Shown: positions 20,901 through 30,875 of the stretch, one piece after another
Numbering within the stretch: position 1 is the stretch's first letter
How the letters are laid out: each line of letters opens with the position of its first letter
From: Gemmatimonadota bacterium
GTDB taxonomy: Bacteria; Gemmatimonadota; Gemmatimonadetes; Gemmatimonadales; Gemmatimonadaceae
DNA length: 64,000 nucleotides
Direction of reading: 5' to 3'
NCBI GenBank assembly: GCA_040389905.1
Contig: JAZJZK010000014.1
Location: 96,001 to 160,000, forward strand
Notes under the pieces: generated by a model
The model's input: only the letters and a program-made list of their open reading frames with translations
What the model was told of the DNA's origin: nothing
The model's database searches: none
Made by a program: the position numbers and the translations under genes

Positions 20901-20931
20901 CGATGACAGTTGTCTGTGGGTCGAGCGTTCG

Positions 20932-21921
20932 TCAAGCCGGCTGGAGCGCCCCGGCTTCGATGACCCGAATGAATTCGGAAACGAGCGCTTCGTCCATCCG
21001 CCCGCAGCGAGCATCCTCGCGCAGTTCGGCGAAGGCGTGATCGAGCGTGGCTGGCGCCCGATACGGGCGCAGCGACGTCATCGCGTCGAAGGCATCGGCG
21101 ATTGAAACGATCTGCGCGAGCACCGGAACGGCGGATCCCTTGAGCCCATCCGGATAGCCACTGCCGTCGAGCCGTTCGTGATGATGCCGAACGATCGGGC
21201 GCACCGCGGCGAGGCTCTTCAGATTGCCGCAGAGCCGCTCACCGATGACGGTATGCTCCTGCATGAGCAGGTACTCCTCGCGCGAGAGCTTGCCGGGCTT
21301 GAGCAGCACGGAGTCGGGAATCCCGATCTTGCCGACGTCGTGGAGGTAACCGCCCCTCGACAGCGCAGCAATTTCGCCGTTGCTCATGCCGCACGCCGCG
21401 CCGAGCGCCATCGAGTACTTTGCCAACCGCTGGCAGTGTCCGTCGGTGCCGGAATCTCGTGCCTCGACCGTGAGCGCGAGACTCACGATGACGCTCTCCG
21501 CAGAGTCCAACTCGTCCGTGGCGTGCTTCAACCGAACGAGCGCGCGGATGCGCGCTTTCAGCTCTTCGTGATCGAACGGTTTGGTGAGAAAGTCATCCGC
21601 GCCGGCGTTGATCCCCTCGAGGCGATGCTCGCGCGCGCCCAGTCCCGTGATGAGGACGATGGGGATAAGTCGCGTCGATGCGTCGTCCTTGAGTTGGCGG
21701 CAGACATCGATGCCGGTGACTTTCGGCAACATCCAGTCGAGGAGGATGACGTCCGGCGGCTGTGCGCCAACAGCTGAGAGCGCCGCTTCGCCATCGTGGA
21801 CGGCGCTCACCACAAAACCGTCCATGGTGAGCAGGCGGCTCAGGAGCCGCGCGTTCTGTGGATCGTCCTCGACCACCAGCACGCGGCCTCGCGTGCCACC
21901 TGTCGCCGCATCGTGGCTCAT
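20932..21921 (-). CDS. Response regulator with HD-GYP domain (RpfG-like c-di-GMP phosphodiesterase)
   Basis: REC (LLDWMLP, KPF); LHDVGKIG, HHERLDGSGYP, ADAFDAMTSLRPY. Confidence 0.93.
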   Translation of the reverse strand: MSHDAATGGTRGRVLVVEDDPQNARLLSRLLTMDGFVVSAVHDGEAALSAVGAQPPDVILLDWMLPKVTGIDVCRQLKDDASTRLIPIVLITGLGAREHRLEGINAGADDFLTKPFDHEELKARIRALVRLKHATDELDSAESVIVSLALTVEARDSGTDGHCQRLAKYSMALGAACGMSNGEIAALSRGGYLHDVGKIGIPDSVLLKPGKLSREEYLLMQEHTVIGERLCGNLKSLAAVRPIVRHHHERLDGSGYPDGLKGSAVPVLAQIVSIADAFDAMTSLRPYRAPATLDHAFAELREDARCGRMDEALVSEFIRVIEAGALQPA

Positions 21922-21924
21922 TTC

Positions 21925-23943
21925 CTACGTCTCCTCGATCGCCCGCGGCAGGAAGATCCTGAACCGCGTTCCATTCCCCTGCTTGCTCCGAACCGATATC
22001 TCTCCCCCACTCTGCTTGACAATACCGTATACGGTGGCAAGACCCAAGCCCGTCCCCTTGTCGGCCGCCTTCGTGGAGAAGAACGGTTCGAAAATGCGGG
22101 CCTTGGTCGCACTGTCCATGCCGATTCCCGTGTCGGTGACGCTCAACAGGACGTACTCGCCGGCGGCTCCCAGCGAATTTGCCGTCGCTTGTGCGTCGTC
22201 GTAGGTGGCATTCGCCGTCTCGACCGTAAGCAATCCTCCGTCTGGCATGGCGTCACGCGCGTTCACGCAGAGGTTCACCACAACCTGCTGGATCTGGCTC
22301 GGATCGGCGCGCACCGCCCACAGATCGTTCGCCAACACGGCGGAGTATGTAACGGAGGTACCCATGAGCCGTTTCACCATATTGCCCATTCCGCCGATGA
22401 TGTCATTCAGCACGAGCCGCTTTGTGGTGATGGTCTGCTGTCGGCTGAACGCGAGCAACTGGCGTGTCAACGCGGCCGCCTGTTGCGCCGCAGCCAGAAT
22501 TTCTCCCGCGTCCTCGCGAATGGCGTCATCGGCGGTCGCGCTTCCGCGAATCAACTCGGCATAACCTGAAATTGCGCTCAGCACGTTGTTGAAGTCGTGC
22601 GAGATGCCGCTCGCCAACCGGCCGACGGCCTCGAGCCGCTGCGTCTGACGAATCGCCGCCTCGCGCCGGCGGCGCTCGATGGCGGCACCGAGCACATGTG
22701 CAATCGCCTGGAGGAAATGCACGTCATCGACGCCGAAATCGCGCGGCGGGATGTCGTGCGCCATCAGCGCGCCAAGCGGGCGAACTTCGCCAGGAATGAC
22801 GACCGCCACTCCGCACGTGATGCCGAACTCCTGTGCGCGTGGCGACACGCCGAACTGACGCTCCGCTTCAAGGCTGGAGAGGATCGTGGGCGCGTTGTGC
22901 AGGACGGTGTAACCCATCTGCGTACTGTCGTCGATGGGCACGATCACGCCCTCCTGCGGCGCGGGACCCCAACCGCGACCCGCCACCACGATGAGCGAGA
23001 CGCCGTCGGTCCGACGCTCGAGCACGGTCGTGTACGGCAATTCGAGCGTATCGGCAACGAGGCCTGCCGCCTCGTCGAACAGAACGCCGAGATCGTCCGT
23101 GGCCAGGGCGCGCTGGCCGAACGCTGCAACGACGGTCTGCTGCCGCTCCCTCGCACGAAGCCCACGTTCTGCGTTCTTGCGATCAGTGATGTCGAGCACG
23201 AAGCTGACGCCTCGGTCCTTCTGACGCGACAGCGTCGCCGAGCCGATCAGCACGGGAATGCGCTTCCCGTGTGCGGTGAAGAATTCCTTCTCGAACGGCG
23301 CGATGAGGCCATCTTCCGTCAGAGCGTCGAGTTTTTCCTCATCGAGCGCCGCGAACTCAGGAGGCGTGAGCTCAGTCCACCGCAGGTTGCCGGCTTCGAG
23401 TTCCCCACGAGTTCGGCCGAGCATGCGCAGAAAGGCTTCATTCGCATCGTAGATCGAGCCATCTGAATCCCAGAACATGATACCGATCATGTCCGATTCG
23501 ACGACGCGTCGGAATCGCTCGTCCGAGTCCCGCAGCTTCCCCTCGGCCAGGCGGCGCTGCCACCGCTCGTTCGCCACAGAGACGACGTGCAGCAACTGTT
23601 CGACCTTGACCGGCTTCAACAGGTAATCGACGCTGTGTTCTCGCAGTGCGGCAACGGCGCTCTCAATGCTCGCATTGCCCGTCAGAACAACGACCTCCGT
23701 CAGTTCAGAGAGGGCATGCAGCCGCGAGACGACTTCCATGCCATCCATGTCCGGCAGCCGAAGATCGACCACGGCGAGGACCGGCTCGTTGAGCTGGGCC
23801 ATCTCGAGCCCTTCGCGTCCGCTGCCCGCCGTTGACGACGCGTAGCCATGCAGATCGAGAATGTCCGAGAGCGTGCGTGTCAGCGACGGATCGTCATCGA
23901 CCACGAGCACACGGGGACGATCGTCAAGGCTAACGAATGGCAT
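21925..23943 (-). CDS. Cytoplasmic hybrid histidine kinase (REC-PAS-GAF-HisKA-HATPase)
   Basis: N-terminal REC (VDLRLPD); PAS ending LDITDRK; GAF; ISHDFNN, NARDAM, GTGLGL. Confidence 0.92.
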   Translation of the reverse strand: MPFVSLDDRPRVLVVDDDPSLTRTLSDILDLHGYASSTAGSGREGLEMAQLNEPVLAVVDLRLPDMDGMEVVSRLHALSELTEVVVLTGNASIESAVAALREHSVDYLLKPVKVEQLLHVVSVANERWQRRLAEGKLRDSDERFRRVVESDMIGIMFWDSDGSIYDANEAFLRMLGRTRGELEAGNLRWTELTPPEFAALDEEKLDALTEDGLIAPFEKEFFTAHGKRIPVLIGSATLSRQKDRGVSFVLDITDRKNAERGLRARERQQTVVAAFGQRALATDDLGVLFDEAAGLVADTLELPYTTVLERRTDGVSLIVVAGRGWGPAPQEGVIVPIDDSTQMGYTVLHNAPTILSSLEAERQFGVSPRAQEFGITCGVAVVIPGEVRPLGALMAHDIPPRDFGVDDVHFLQAIAHVLGAAIERRRREAAIRQTQRLEAVGRLASGISHDFNNVLSAISGYAELIRGSATADDAIREDAGEILAAAQQAAALTRQLLAFSRQQTITTKRLVLNDIIGGMGNMVKRLMGTSVTYSAVLANDLWAVRADPSQIQQVVVNLCVNARDAMPDGGLLTVETANATYDDAQATANSLGAAGEYVLLSVTDTGIGMDSATKARIFEPFFSTKAADKGTGLGLATVYGIVKQSGGEISVRSKQGNGTRFRIFLPRAIEET

Positions 23944-24649
23944 CGAGCACTCGCTTCACGTCTTCGATCGCAAAGGGCTTCTGGAGGTACGCGTGAATCC
24001 AGTCCGACGGGATCGTTCCATCGAGCTCTTTGCCGGCGCCGGCCAGGCCACTGTACAGAATGAGGGCCGTCGCTGGATCGGCGCGATGGACCGTGGCTAC
24101 CGCGGTATGTGTCTCGATCGACGGCAGATGCATATGCAGCAACACCGCGACCGGATGACGGGCTTCCATCAATCGGGTCGCCTCGGCGAGATCCGCTGCC
24201 ACGGTCGTTTCGAGGCCGCATAGCGCCAGGACCTCGGAGAGCGTCTTCAGGAAGGCTGCGTCGTGATCCACGACCAGTATGGGCTTTCGTTGCTCGAGTT
24301 GCGCGGTGATCAGCGTGATGAGAGCGCGCAGGTCAACCGGCTTCGGCATGATGCGCACAGCTCCCTCGCGTTTCGCTTCTTCGAGGAGTTCCTGTTCGGC
24401 GTACGCGGTCATGAGAATGACACGAACGTTCGGACGCGCAGCTTTCATCGCCTTGAACGCCGCCACCCCGTTCATTCCGGGCATTTTCACGTCCATCAGT
24501 ACGACGTCGAATGGGCGAGCCGATACGTGCTCGACCGCATCGCGTCCCGAGAGCGCTCGGGTCACCTCCCAGCCGCTGAGCGCGAGCACGTCCGAAAGGG
24601 TCCTAACCATCGATTGGTCGTCGTCGACCACGAGGGCGCACGGCGTCAT
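23930..24649 (-). CDS. Tandem REC-REC response regulator (second REC degenerate)
   Basis: REC1 VVDDD/LMDVKMP/KP; REC2 VVDHD/LLHMHLP/QKPF; no output domain. Confidence 0.85.
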   Translation of the reverse strand: MTPCALVVDDDQSMVRTLSDVLALSGWEVTRALSGRDAVEHVSARPFDVVLMDVKMPGMNGVAAFKAMKAARPNVRVILMTAYAEQELLEEAKREGAVRIMPKPVDLRALITLITAQLEQRKPILVVDHDAAFLKTLSEVLALCGLETTVAADLAEATRLMEARHPVAVLLHMHLPSIETHTAVATVHRADPATALILYSGLAGAGKELDGTIPSDWIHAYLQKPFAIEDVKRVLDAIR

Positions 24650-26550
24650 GTGGGCTTCTCCGCTGCAGGTAGGGTAAGGCGAAACGTTGCGCCTTCGCCC
24701 GGTGTGCTCGTTGCCGTCAGGTCGCCGTCGTTCGATCGTGCGAGCGTCCTGGACACGGCGAGCCCGAGACCGATGCCGCGCGCCTTGGTTGTGAACAGCG
24801 GCTCGAAGATCTTGTCGACATTCTCCGGCTGAATTCCGCCGCCGGTGTCCGTCACGTCGTAGTAGACCATTCCGTTTCCGGTCTCCGCATGAACGGTGAT
24901 TCGCCCTGGCCCCTCCAGCGCTTGAATGGCGTTGGTGAGCAGGTTGAGAATGATCTGACCGATCTGCACAGGGTCGACAGTTACCTGCGGAACGTCCTGT
25001 GGAATGTCGACGATAATCTCCGCGGACGCGGTCGGGCCGAGACGTGCGATCTGCGTCTCGGTCAATTGCAGTAGTGATGCACGCTCGCGTTGCGGAGGCC
25101 GAAGGCGCGCGAAATCCAGCAGGTCGCTGACGATCTTCTCCGAGAGCGTGATCTGCTGCTGAAGAATGTCCAGGTATTCATGCACATTCTTGGGCGACGC
25201 GGACAGCACCATTTTCAGGTAGTAGACGGCATTCGTCATCACGCCGAGCGGGTTGCGCAGTTCGTGACCGACGCCGCTCGCCAGTTGGCCGAGCATCGCG
25301 AGCTTCTCACGCCGAACCAGCGATTCCTGCGTGTCCTGCAGCTGAAGCATGGTCGCGTTGAGATCCCGCGTTCGCTCGTCGACCTTGAGCTCCAGCGCCG
25401 TCCGCGCATGCTCGACTTCCCCCGCCATCGTGCCGAAGGCACGCGCCAAGCGGCCCAATTCGTCCGATCGCCGCAGCGTGATTTGTCTCGTCACGCGCCC
25501 GTGCGCGATTTCATCGGCCGCGCGGGTGAGTTCCACGAGCGGTGCAGTGATCCGCCGGCTCACCGCCCATGCCGCGGCCAGACCGATGAGCAAGGCGAGG
25601 AGCGAGATCAGCGCGATCCGTTGCAGAAAGGACGTCACCGGTGCGAACACGGTATCAAGTGGCATCGACAAGGCGACAGCCCACGGCGTACCCGGAATGG
25701 GCGCAACGTGGAGCAGATGTCGAACGCCATCCGCATCCGAGTAGACCTGTGCCGCACCATTCGTCGACCGCGCGGTTGCCGGAAGCACGACCATGCGGTC
25801 GAAATCAGTCCAGACGCTGAAGTCCGCGTTGCCCGCGAGCAGCAACGCATTCGATCCGATGAGTTTCGAAAGCGCCGCACGCGTGCGCGGGTTGCTGACC
25901 TGCTTTCTCCAGTGCACGATGAACGCGCCGCCCGTTGCCGGCACTCGCGCCGCGGCGAGATACAACGCCGTATCGCGGACGACTCGGTACTTTCCCGTGA
26001 TGACGGAGTCGTTCCCGCGAAGCCCCGCAATGATGTCGTCAACGGTAATCGTGTCCAACACCGCACTCGCTGCGGTGCTGAGCAGAAGTGCTCCCGTGCT
26101 GTCGCGGAGTTCACTGCGCACCGTCTGTTCCGGCTGCGCACCTTTATAGGCGAGCGCGGCGCGCGCGCTGTCGTGAAGCGCGGGTGCGCGGTTCGCCGCA
26201 TAGGCGCGAATGACATCGGCATTCGCCGTTCGTGCAGACAGCGCACGAAACTGCGCGCTCGATGCCTGGAATCCGTCGCGAAACTGATTCGCCACATTCG
26301 CCAGCCGGGCCGACGACGTCTCCAGCGCTGTGCGCCGCATTTCGACGTACACCGCGGACGAGAGGACGAGAATCACGAACAGCAGTAGCGCGCCAATGAT
26401 CAAGGGCAGCGTGTGCTCGATCGACAGCCGGGCGCCGCCTCCATGCTCTGGAGATGACGCTCGATGTGTCGAATGCGGAGAACCGCTGATCAGCGCGGGA
26501 ACAGAATGGACCGGCGTGTGCACTGCATCGTCGCGAGCGCGTTCAGCCAT
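24646..26550 (-). CDS. Membrane sensor histidine kinase (TM, extracytoplasmic sensor, HAMP, HisKA, HATPase)
   Basis: DELGRLARAF HAMP; VGHELRNP; NLLTNAIQA; FEPLFTTK; GIGLGL. Confidence 0.92.
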   Translation of the reverse strand: MAERARDDAVHTPVHSVPALISGSPHSTHRASSPEHGGGARLSIEHTLPLIIGALLLFVILVLSSAVYVEMRRTALETSSARLANVANQFRDGFQASSAQFRALSARTANADVIRAYAANRAPALHDSARAALAYKGAQPEQTVRSELRDSTGALLLSTAASAVLDTITVDDIIAGLRGNDSVITGKYRVVRDTALYLAAARVPATGGAFIVHWRKQVSNPRTRAALSKLIGSNALLLAGNADFSVWTDFDRMVVLPATARSTNGAAQVYSDADGVRHLLHVAPIPGTPWAVALSMPLDTVFAPVTSFLQRIALISLLALLIGLAAAWAVSRRITAPLVELTRAADEIAHGRVTRQITLRRSDELGRLARAFGTMAGEVEHARTALELKVDERTRDLNATMLQLQDTQESLVRREKLAMLGQLASGVGHELRNPLGVMTNAVYYLKMVLSASPKNVHEYLDILQQQITLSEKIVSDLLDFARLRPPQRERASLLQLTETQIARLGPTASAEIIVDIPQDVPQVTVDPVQIGQIILNLLTNAIQALEGPGRITVHAETGNGMVYYDVTDTGGGIQPENVDKIFEPLFTTKARGIGLGLAVSRTLARSNDGDLTATSTPGEGATFRLTLPAAEKPT

Positions 26551-26869
26551 GCGGGTGAGGCCTCCTCGTTTGTCTGCGAATTCCGGCAGCGAGTGTCAAC
26601 ACCTTCGCTGCACAACGCTTAGAAATTTCTAGCCGGTTCCGTCCCCGATGCTGTACTCAGAATCACATTTGCCGCGACGGAGTAGGCTCGTGCAATTATC
26701 GGAGTGTGCGCAGCAAATGTTGAGCGAGCGAAAGGCATCGCTGTTGTCCGGGTATTTTGTCCGGTCGCGATGTGAGGCGGTGGACAGGTGTCACGAAACA
26801 CGGCGCTGCCACCGCTCGAAGTGCGATGACAGCGCCGTCTTTTCCTTGTCGCGCCGATCGTGGGCGCGG

Positions 26870-29800
26870 CTACGAGCTCGCGTAAACGTACAACGACAGA
26901 CCCGTTGAGCTCCCTCCCGCGCTGAGGATGACGTCGAAACTTGGCGGACCAATAATCTGCCAATGACCGGCTTCCGAGACGGTGTTCACCGAGAATCCTT
27001 CCGGGAGCGCACTGCCCGCTGCGCCAAGTCCGGACTTGATCAGCGCGAGGTTCGCTGCGTTCGGGGTCAGGAAACACGCCTCGTACGTCGCGGGATCGAG
27101 CTGTGCGACCGGCGGCGTCGGAAGCCACTGGCTGATCGTTGGTTCCGCCTGTCCGCCCGGCCCCGACGTCATCTGATAGTCGAGCGTGAACAGGTTCCGC
27201 CAGATGTCGATCGCGATGCCGGCTCCGACGAACGTCGCGCCGGTCGAAGGGAAATCAGGGTTCGGCGTAATCGCGAGCAGCGACCCATTTTGCGAATAGA
27301 TCTGGAGCGCATAGTCGCTCGCGACCGGCTGGGAACCGGTGTAGTAGAGGATGTACGCACTTCCCGTCGGATCGATCGCAATGTCGAGATACGTGGGTGT
27401 GTCGCCGTTCGCCGGCTGCACGAGCGGGAACGTGGACAGATACTCATAGACGGACAGCGTATCGCCATTCAGCACGAGATCGTACGACGTCGCCGTTGAC
27501 GCATTGGCGATGATCCATCGCGTACCACCAGGAATCGCCGTGACCGTCGCGCCGAGCCACGACACGTACACATTGAGTGAGGTCGCTGCGGGCGTCGGTG
27601 AAATCACGTACGCATTCGAACACAGCGTATCGTTCACGAGCCAATCATCGCTGGCTGTGGGTGATACACTCACCGCGGCGTTAGGCGTAAGCATGATGCC
27701 AGTAGCGGTGCCAGTCGGCGCAGCGAATGCGTTGGTCACGGCCGGCGCGACGGTGCCCACGCTGAGAGACTGGGCGACGTTCGGATCGATCGAAAAGATG
27801 TAGTTGATATTGTTCGCTTGAAACGCCGACTGTAACGCCGCAGGAACAACGCCGGTGTTCAGCGAATCCAGGATCGACTGCGCTGCAACTGCGGTGAACA
27901 GGAGCGCGCCATCGAAGGACGGCGCGGGGTTGCCGAAGTGATCGAAAGCCTGCACGCGCAAGTTGCCCTGCTCGAGAATGAGAATCCTGCCGTCCGGCGC
28001 GATGTCCATCGCCACCGGCGAGTTCATCAGACCCTGCCTCGTTCCGAATCCAGAACAGGTCTGCGCCACCGGCGCGGCGCTGTCAGGCGTTACGCCCTCC
28101 GTGAGCAGCGTGACAATCGCAATGCGACTGTTTGCGCGGTTCAAACCAATCGCCACCCCGCTCTGGTGGACGACGAGTTGATCGATCGTGCTCTTGCTTT
28201 GATCCGGAAAGGTGGCCCATGCCAACGCCGGCGGTCCAATGGGAAGCGTGCCGGGTGCTCCGCTGAGATCGAGTAGGCGCAACGTCGGCGTGCCGGAGCT
28301 ATCGTCCACATAGAAGTTGTACGGCGGCGCGACACCCGCGGCGGTACTCGGTGCTGGTCCCGTTTTCTGATACGAGACGGCAAATGGGGCAGTCACGACA
28401 TTGGCGGGCGTCATGAGGCGCAGGTCGGGGTCCTTGAGCACGTTGATGCTCTGAAAGGTTCCTGCCTGCCCCGGTGCCTGCGTGTTCCCGCCGGAAAGCG
28501 GAGGATTCAGTGGAAAGCCCGTCCACGAATACGCGACGTCGTAGGTAATGTCGAGCATGTCGATGTCGCCGAGCGACCCGATCGCCTGAACGCCGACGTT
28601 CGTATTCAGGCTCGTCATCGTCGCGAGCGGCGGAGAGTCGCTCCAGACGTGTGCTTTTGCCGTTGCGTCGTAGACGATCGATTGACCGTAGCCGTACGTC
28701 GTATCCGCGGTCAGCGGCGCAAGCATCTCGGTGATGTTCCCTGTGACCATCACGGTACCAGAGCCGGCCGGCGGCGACCCGTCCACCCATCCGCTGGTCC
28801 ACGATCCACAGAGCCACCCGTTCGCGGCAAGCACCTGCACGACAACCTGAATCGTTCCACCGGCGGGTTGCATCCCGAAGTCAACGTCCACCGGCGTTCC
28901 ACTCCACGGCGAGGGCATGGTGCCCGACGTCGACGTGCTCGTGCCGCCCTGGTACTGCAACGTGGCTTGATAGGTTGCTGCGAGTGCCGGCCACACCGCG
29001 GTCGATGGATCGCCGGGCAACCCATGCTTCGGATCGGGACTGAAGGTGGCCTGGATGTCGCACGTCTGCGCGATGTCGTAAATGAGCGTCGCGGGCGCAC
29101 TGAACACCTGCGTCGATGTTTCCGTGAGCTGCATCTCGTAGCCGGTAATGGCGAGTGCACGCATCCCGAGGCCGACGATCGACGTCGAATCGACGAGCTC
29201 CATACCCGTCATGTAGGCGAGTAACTCGCTGAGGATCGCCTTGAGCGCAGTCGAGACGATCAGGCCAGCCACGATGCCGGCAAAGGTCGTGAGGAACTGT
29301 GTGGCATCGCCGATGGATGCCGTAAAGCCCGCGACACCGTTGACCGCGGCGAATGCGACGGCGACGATCGCCATCGCCGTCGTGTTGCCAGACATGAGGC
29401 TCGTAAGGAAGCTGCTCCCGCCCGTGATTCCCTGCACGAGGAACAACGCTGGGAATCCGAACTGGAAAATGCCGGTGAGGATGCCGCCGAGTACACACTG
29501 CGGATTCTGGTATCCTGATCCGCCAAGAGACCCGAAGTAGAGCGTTGCACTCGTTCCGACCGGCAGTTGGGTATTCGGGTCCAACGGCCACGGAAAGGTC
29601 ACGGTCGCCGAGGTCGAGGAAATTGGAATCCCCATGACCATCGTTTCCGGGTGAATGGGCTGGATGTACTTGAGCGTCGGCGTCTCGAGCTCCGCCATGG
29701 TCCCATTCAGGACGTTCGACCATCCGTAGTTGTCCAGGTTGACGATCTCGTTTTCATTGAAGATCGAGACATACGCGCCCAACGTTCGGACGTAGCTGTT

Positions 29801-30841
29801 GGTGACATTGACGGAGAAGGTGCCGGCGTCGAGCGCAATCGACGACGCGTCGAGCGACAGCCCGTTGTTGCCGGTCTTGTTCGTGGCGGTCCATGTGACG
29901 CTGGTCGCGTCCGGCGCGTCGTCCGCGATCGCTGGTGAGCTATTGATGACCGGAGGTGACGTCGGCGTTCCTTGCGCGACGGACCAGCTCTGGTTCTGAA
30001 GCGTCAGGTCGTTGCTCGCGGTCTGGATCGCGGTCGGCATCGCCTGCTGGTAGCCGTTGTCGGTCCCGCTTGGCCCATACAGCGACTCGCAACTCAGCTC
30101 GTATCGCTCCACGGGGTCGCCTTCGTTGGCGGCATTCGGCTCGCCCGCCGCACCAGGAATGTCGCAACCGTACGTCATCGGATTGTTCGACGCATCGACC
30201 ACTGGGACCACCCCGATCCAGGCCGCTTTCTGGTTGCGGATCGTCATGGCGTAGTTGAGCAGGGCATTCATATTCGCCGAGCCCTGGATGTGCACGTCAG
30301 AAAGCGTTGCGGCCGATGGCAGAAAGGTCGACCCCAGCTGCGGGTGGTAACCGCAGGTGGTGGCGGCGGCATCGAACGGCGTCAGGACTTTGTCGCCGTC
30401 AGCGAGGACGTCGAGTGCCTCGTAATAGTTCGGCGGAGTGGCGCAGAGGTAAACGAGCTTGGCGTGCACCACCGGTCCGTTTGCCGGATCGGCTTTCGAC
30501 TTCCGCACGCGCCGGAGATGGCTTGCCGGGATATGCGTCCCAAGTAACGCGAGACCGCGCAGCTTGATCGCCGGATTACCGTGATCGTACGTGACTCTGT
30601 ATGGCGTGATCTTGTGATCCGGCAGCAGGTCGAGCGACACATCGGCAAAATGCGTAATCCGGGACGGGCGCTTCATGCGCGCGATCGCGCGGTTGGTCAT
30701 GATCGCGTGCGCAAGCGTGGCGCCTGTGTGGGGCGTCAACGGGATTCGCTCAATGCCAACGTGCAGGCGCAAGTCCGGAGGAAAGACGCCGAAGTGCGAG
30801 AGTTCGACGTGAATGCGAACCGACGCGGCGGTGGTCGACAT
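26870..30841 (-). CDS. 1323-aa uncharacterised protein: hydrophobic helical block, beta-rich domains, NHL-like propeller, repeated ~70-aa module
   Basis: Long ORF with AGGAG RBS; NHL-like GLMNSPVAMDIAPDGRILILEQGNLRVQAFD; Thr/Ser/Ala/Gly-rich; no recognisable signal peptide. Confidence 0.85.
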   Translation of the reverse strand: MSTTAASVRIHVELSHFGVFPPDLRLHVGIERIPLTPHTGATLAHAIMTNRAIARMKRPSRITHFADVSLDLLPDHKITPYRVTYDHGNPAIKLRGLALLGTHIPASHLRRVRKSKADPANGPVVHAKLVYLCATPPNYYEALDVLADGDKVLTPFDAAATTCGYHPQLGSTFLPSAATLSDVHIQGSANMNALLNYAMTIRNQKAAWIGVVPVVDASNNPMTYGCDIPGAAGEPNAANEGDPVERYELSCESLYGPSGTDNGYQQAMPTAIQTASNDLTLQNQSWSVAQGTPTSPPVINSSPAIADDAPDATSVTWTATNKTGNNGLSLDASSIALDAGTFSVNVTNSYVRTLGAYVSIFNENEIVNLDNYGWSNVLNGTMAELETPTLKYIQPIHPETMVMGIPISSTSATVTFPWPLDPNTQLPVGTSATLYFGSLGGSGYQNPQCVLGGILTGIFQFGFPALFLVQGITGGSSFLTSLMSGNTTAMAIVAVAFAAVNGVAGFTASIGDATQFLTTFAGIVAGLIVSTALKAILSELLAYMTGMELVDSTSIVGLGMRALAITGYEMQLTETSTQVFSAPATLIYDIAQTCDIQATFSPDPKHGLPGDPSTAVWPALAATYQATLQYQGGTSTSTSGTMPSPWSGTPVDVDFGMQPAGGTIQVVVQVLAANGWLCGSWTSGWVDGSPPAGSGTVMVTGNITEMLAPLTADTTYGYGQSIVYDATAKAHVWSDSPPLATMTSLNTNVGVQAIGSLGDIDMLDITYDVAYSWTGFPLNPPLSGGNTQAPGQAGTFQSINVLKDPDLRLMTPANVVTAPFAVSYQKTGPAPSTAAGVAPPYNFYVDDSSGTPTLRLLDLSGAPGTLPIGPPALAWATFPDQSKSTIDQLVVHQSGVAIGLNRANSRIAIVTLLTEGVTPDSAAPVAQTCSGFGTRQGLMNSPVAMDIAPDGRILILEQGNLRVQAFDHFGNPAPSFDGALLFTAVAAQSILDSLNTGVVPAALQSAFQANNINYIFSIDPNVAQSLSVGTVAPAVTNAFAAPTGTATGIMLTPNAAVSVSPTASDDWLVNDTLCSNAYVISPTPAATSLNVYVSWLGATVTAIPGGTRWIIANASTATSYDLVLNGDTLSVYEYLSTFPLVQPANGDTPTYLDIAIDPTGSAYILYYTGSQPVASDYALQIYSQNGSLLAITPNPDFPSTGATFVGAGIAIDIWRNLFTLDYQMTSGPGGQAEPTISQWLPTPPVAQLDPATYEACFLTPNAANLALIKSGLGAAGSALPEGFSVNTVSEAGHWQIIGPPSFDVILSAGGSSTGLSLYVYASS

Positions 30842-30875
30842 ACGAATCTCCTGGATCAGGGGAGTTGGTTTGCTG

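Noticed and set aside
26620..26631. Palindrome TAGAAATTTCTA upstream of the kinase operon
   Set aside because: A single short palindrome with no second copy or assignable regulator.
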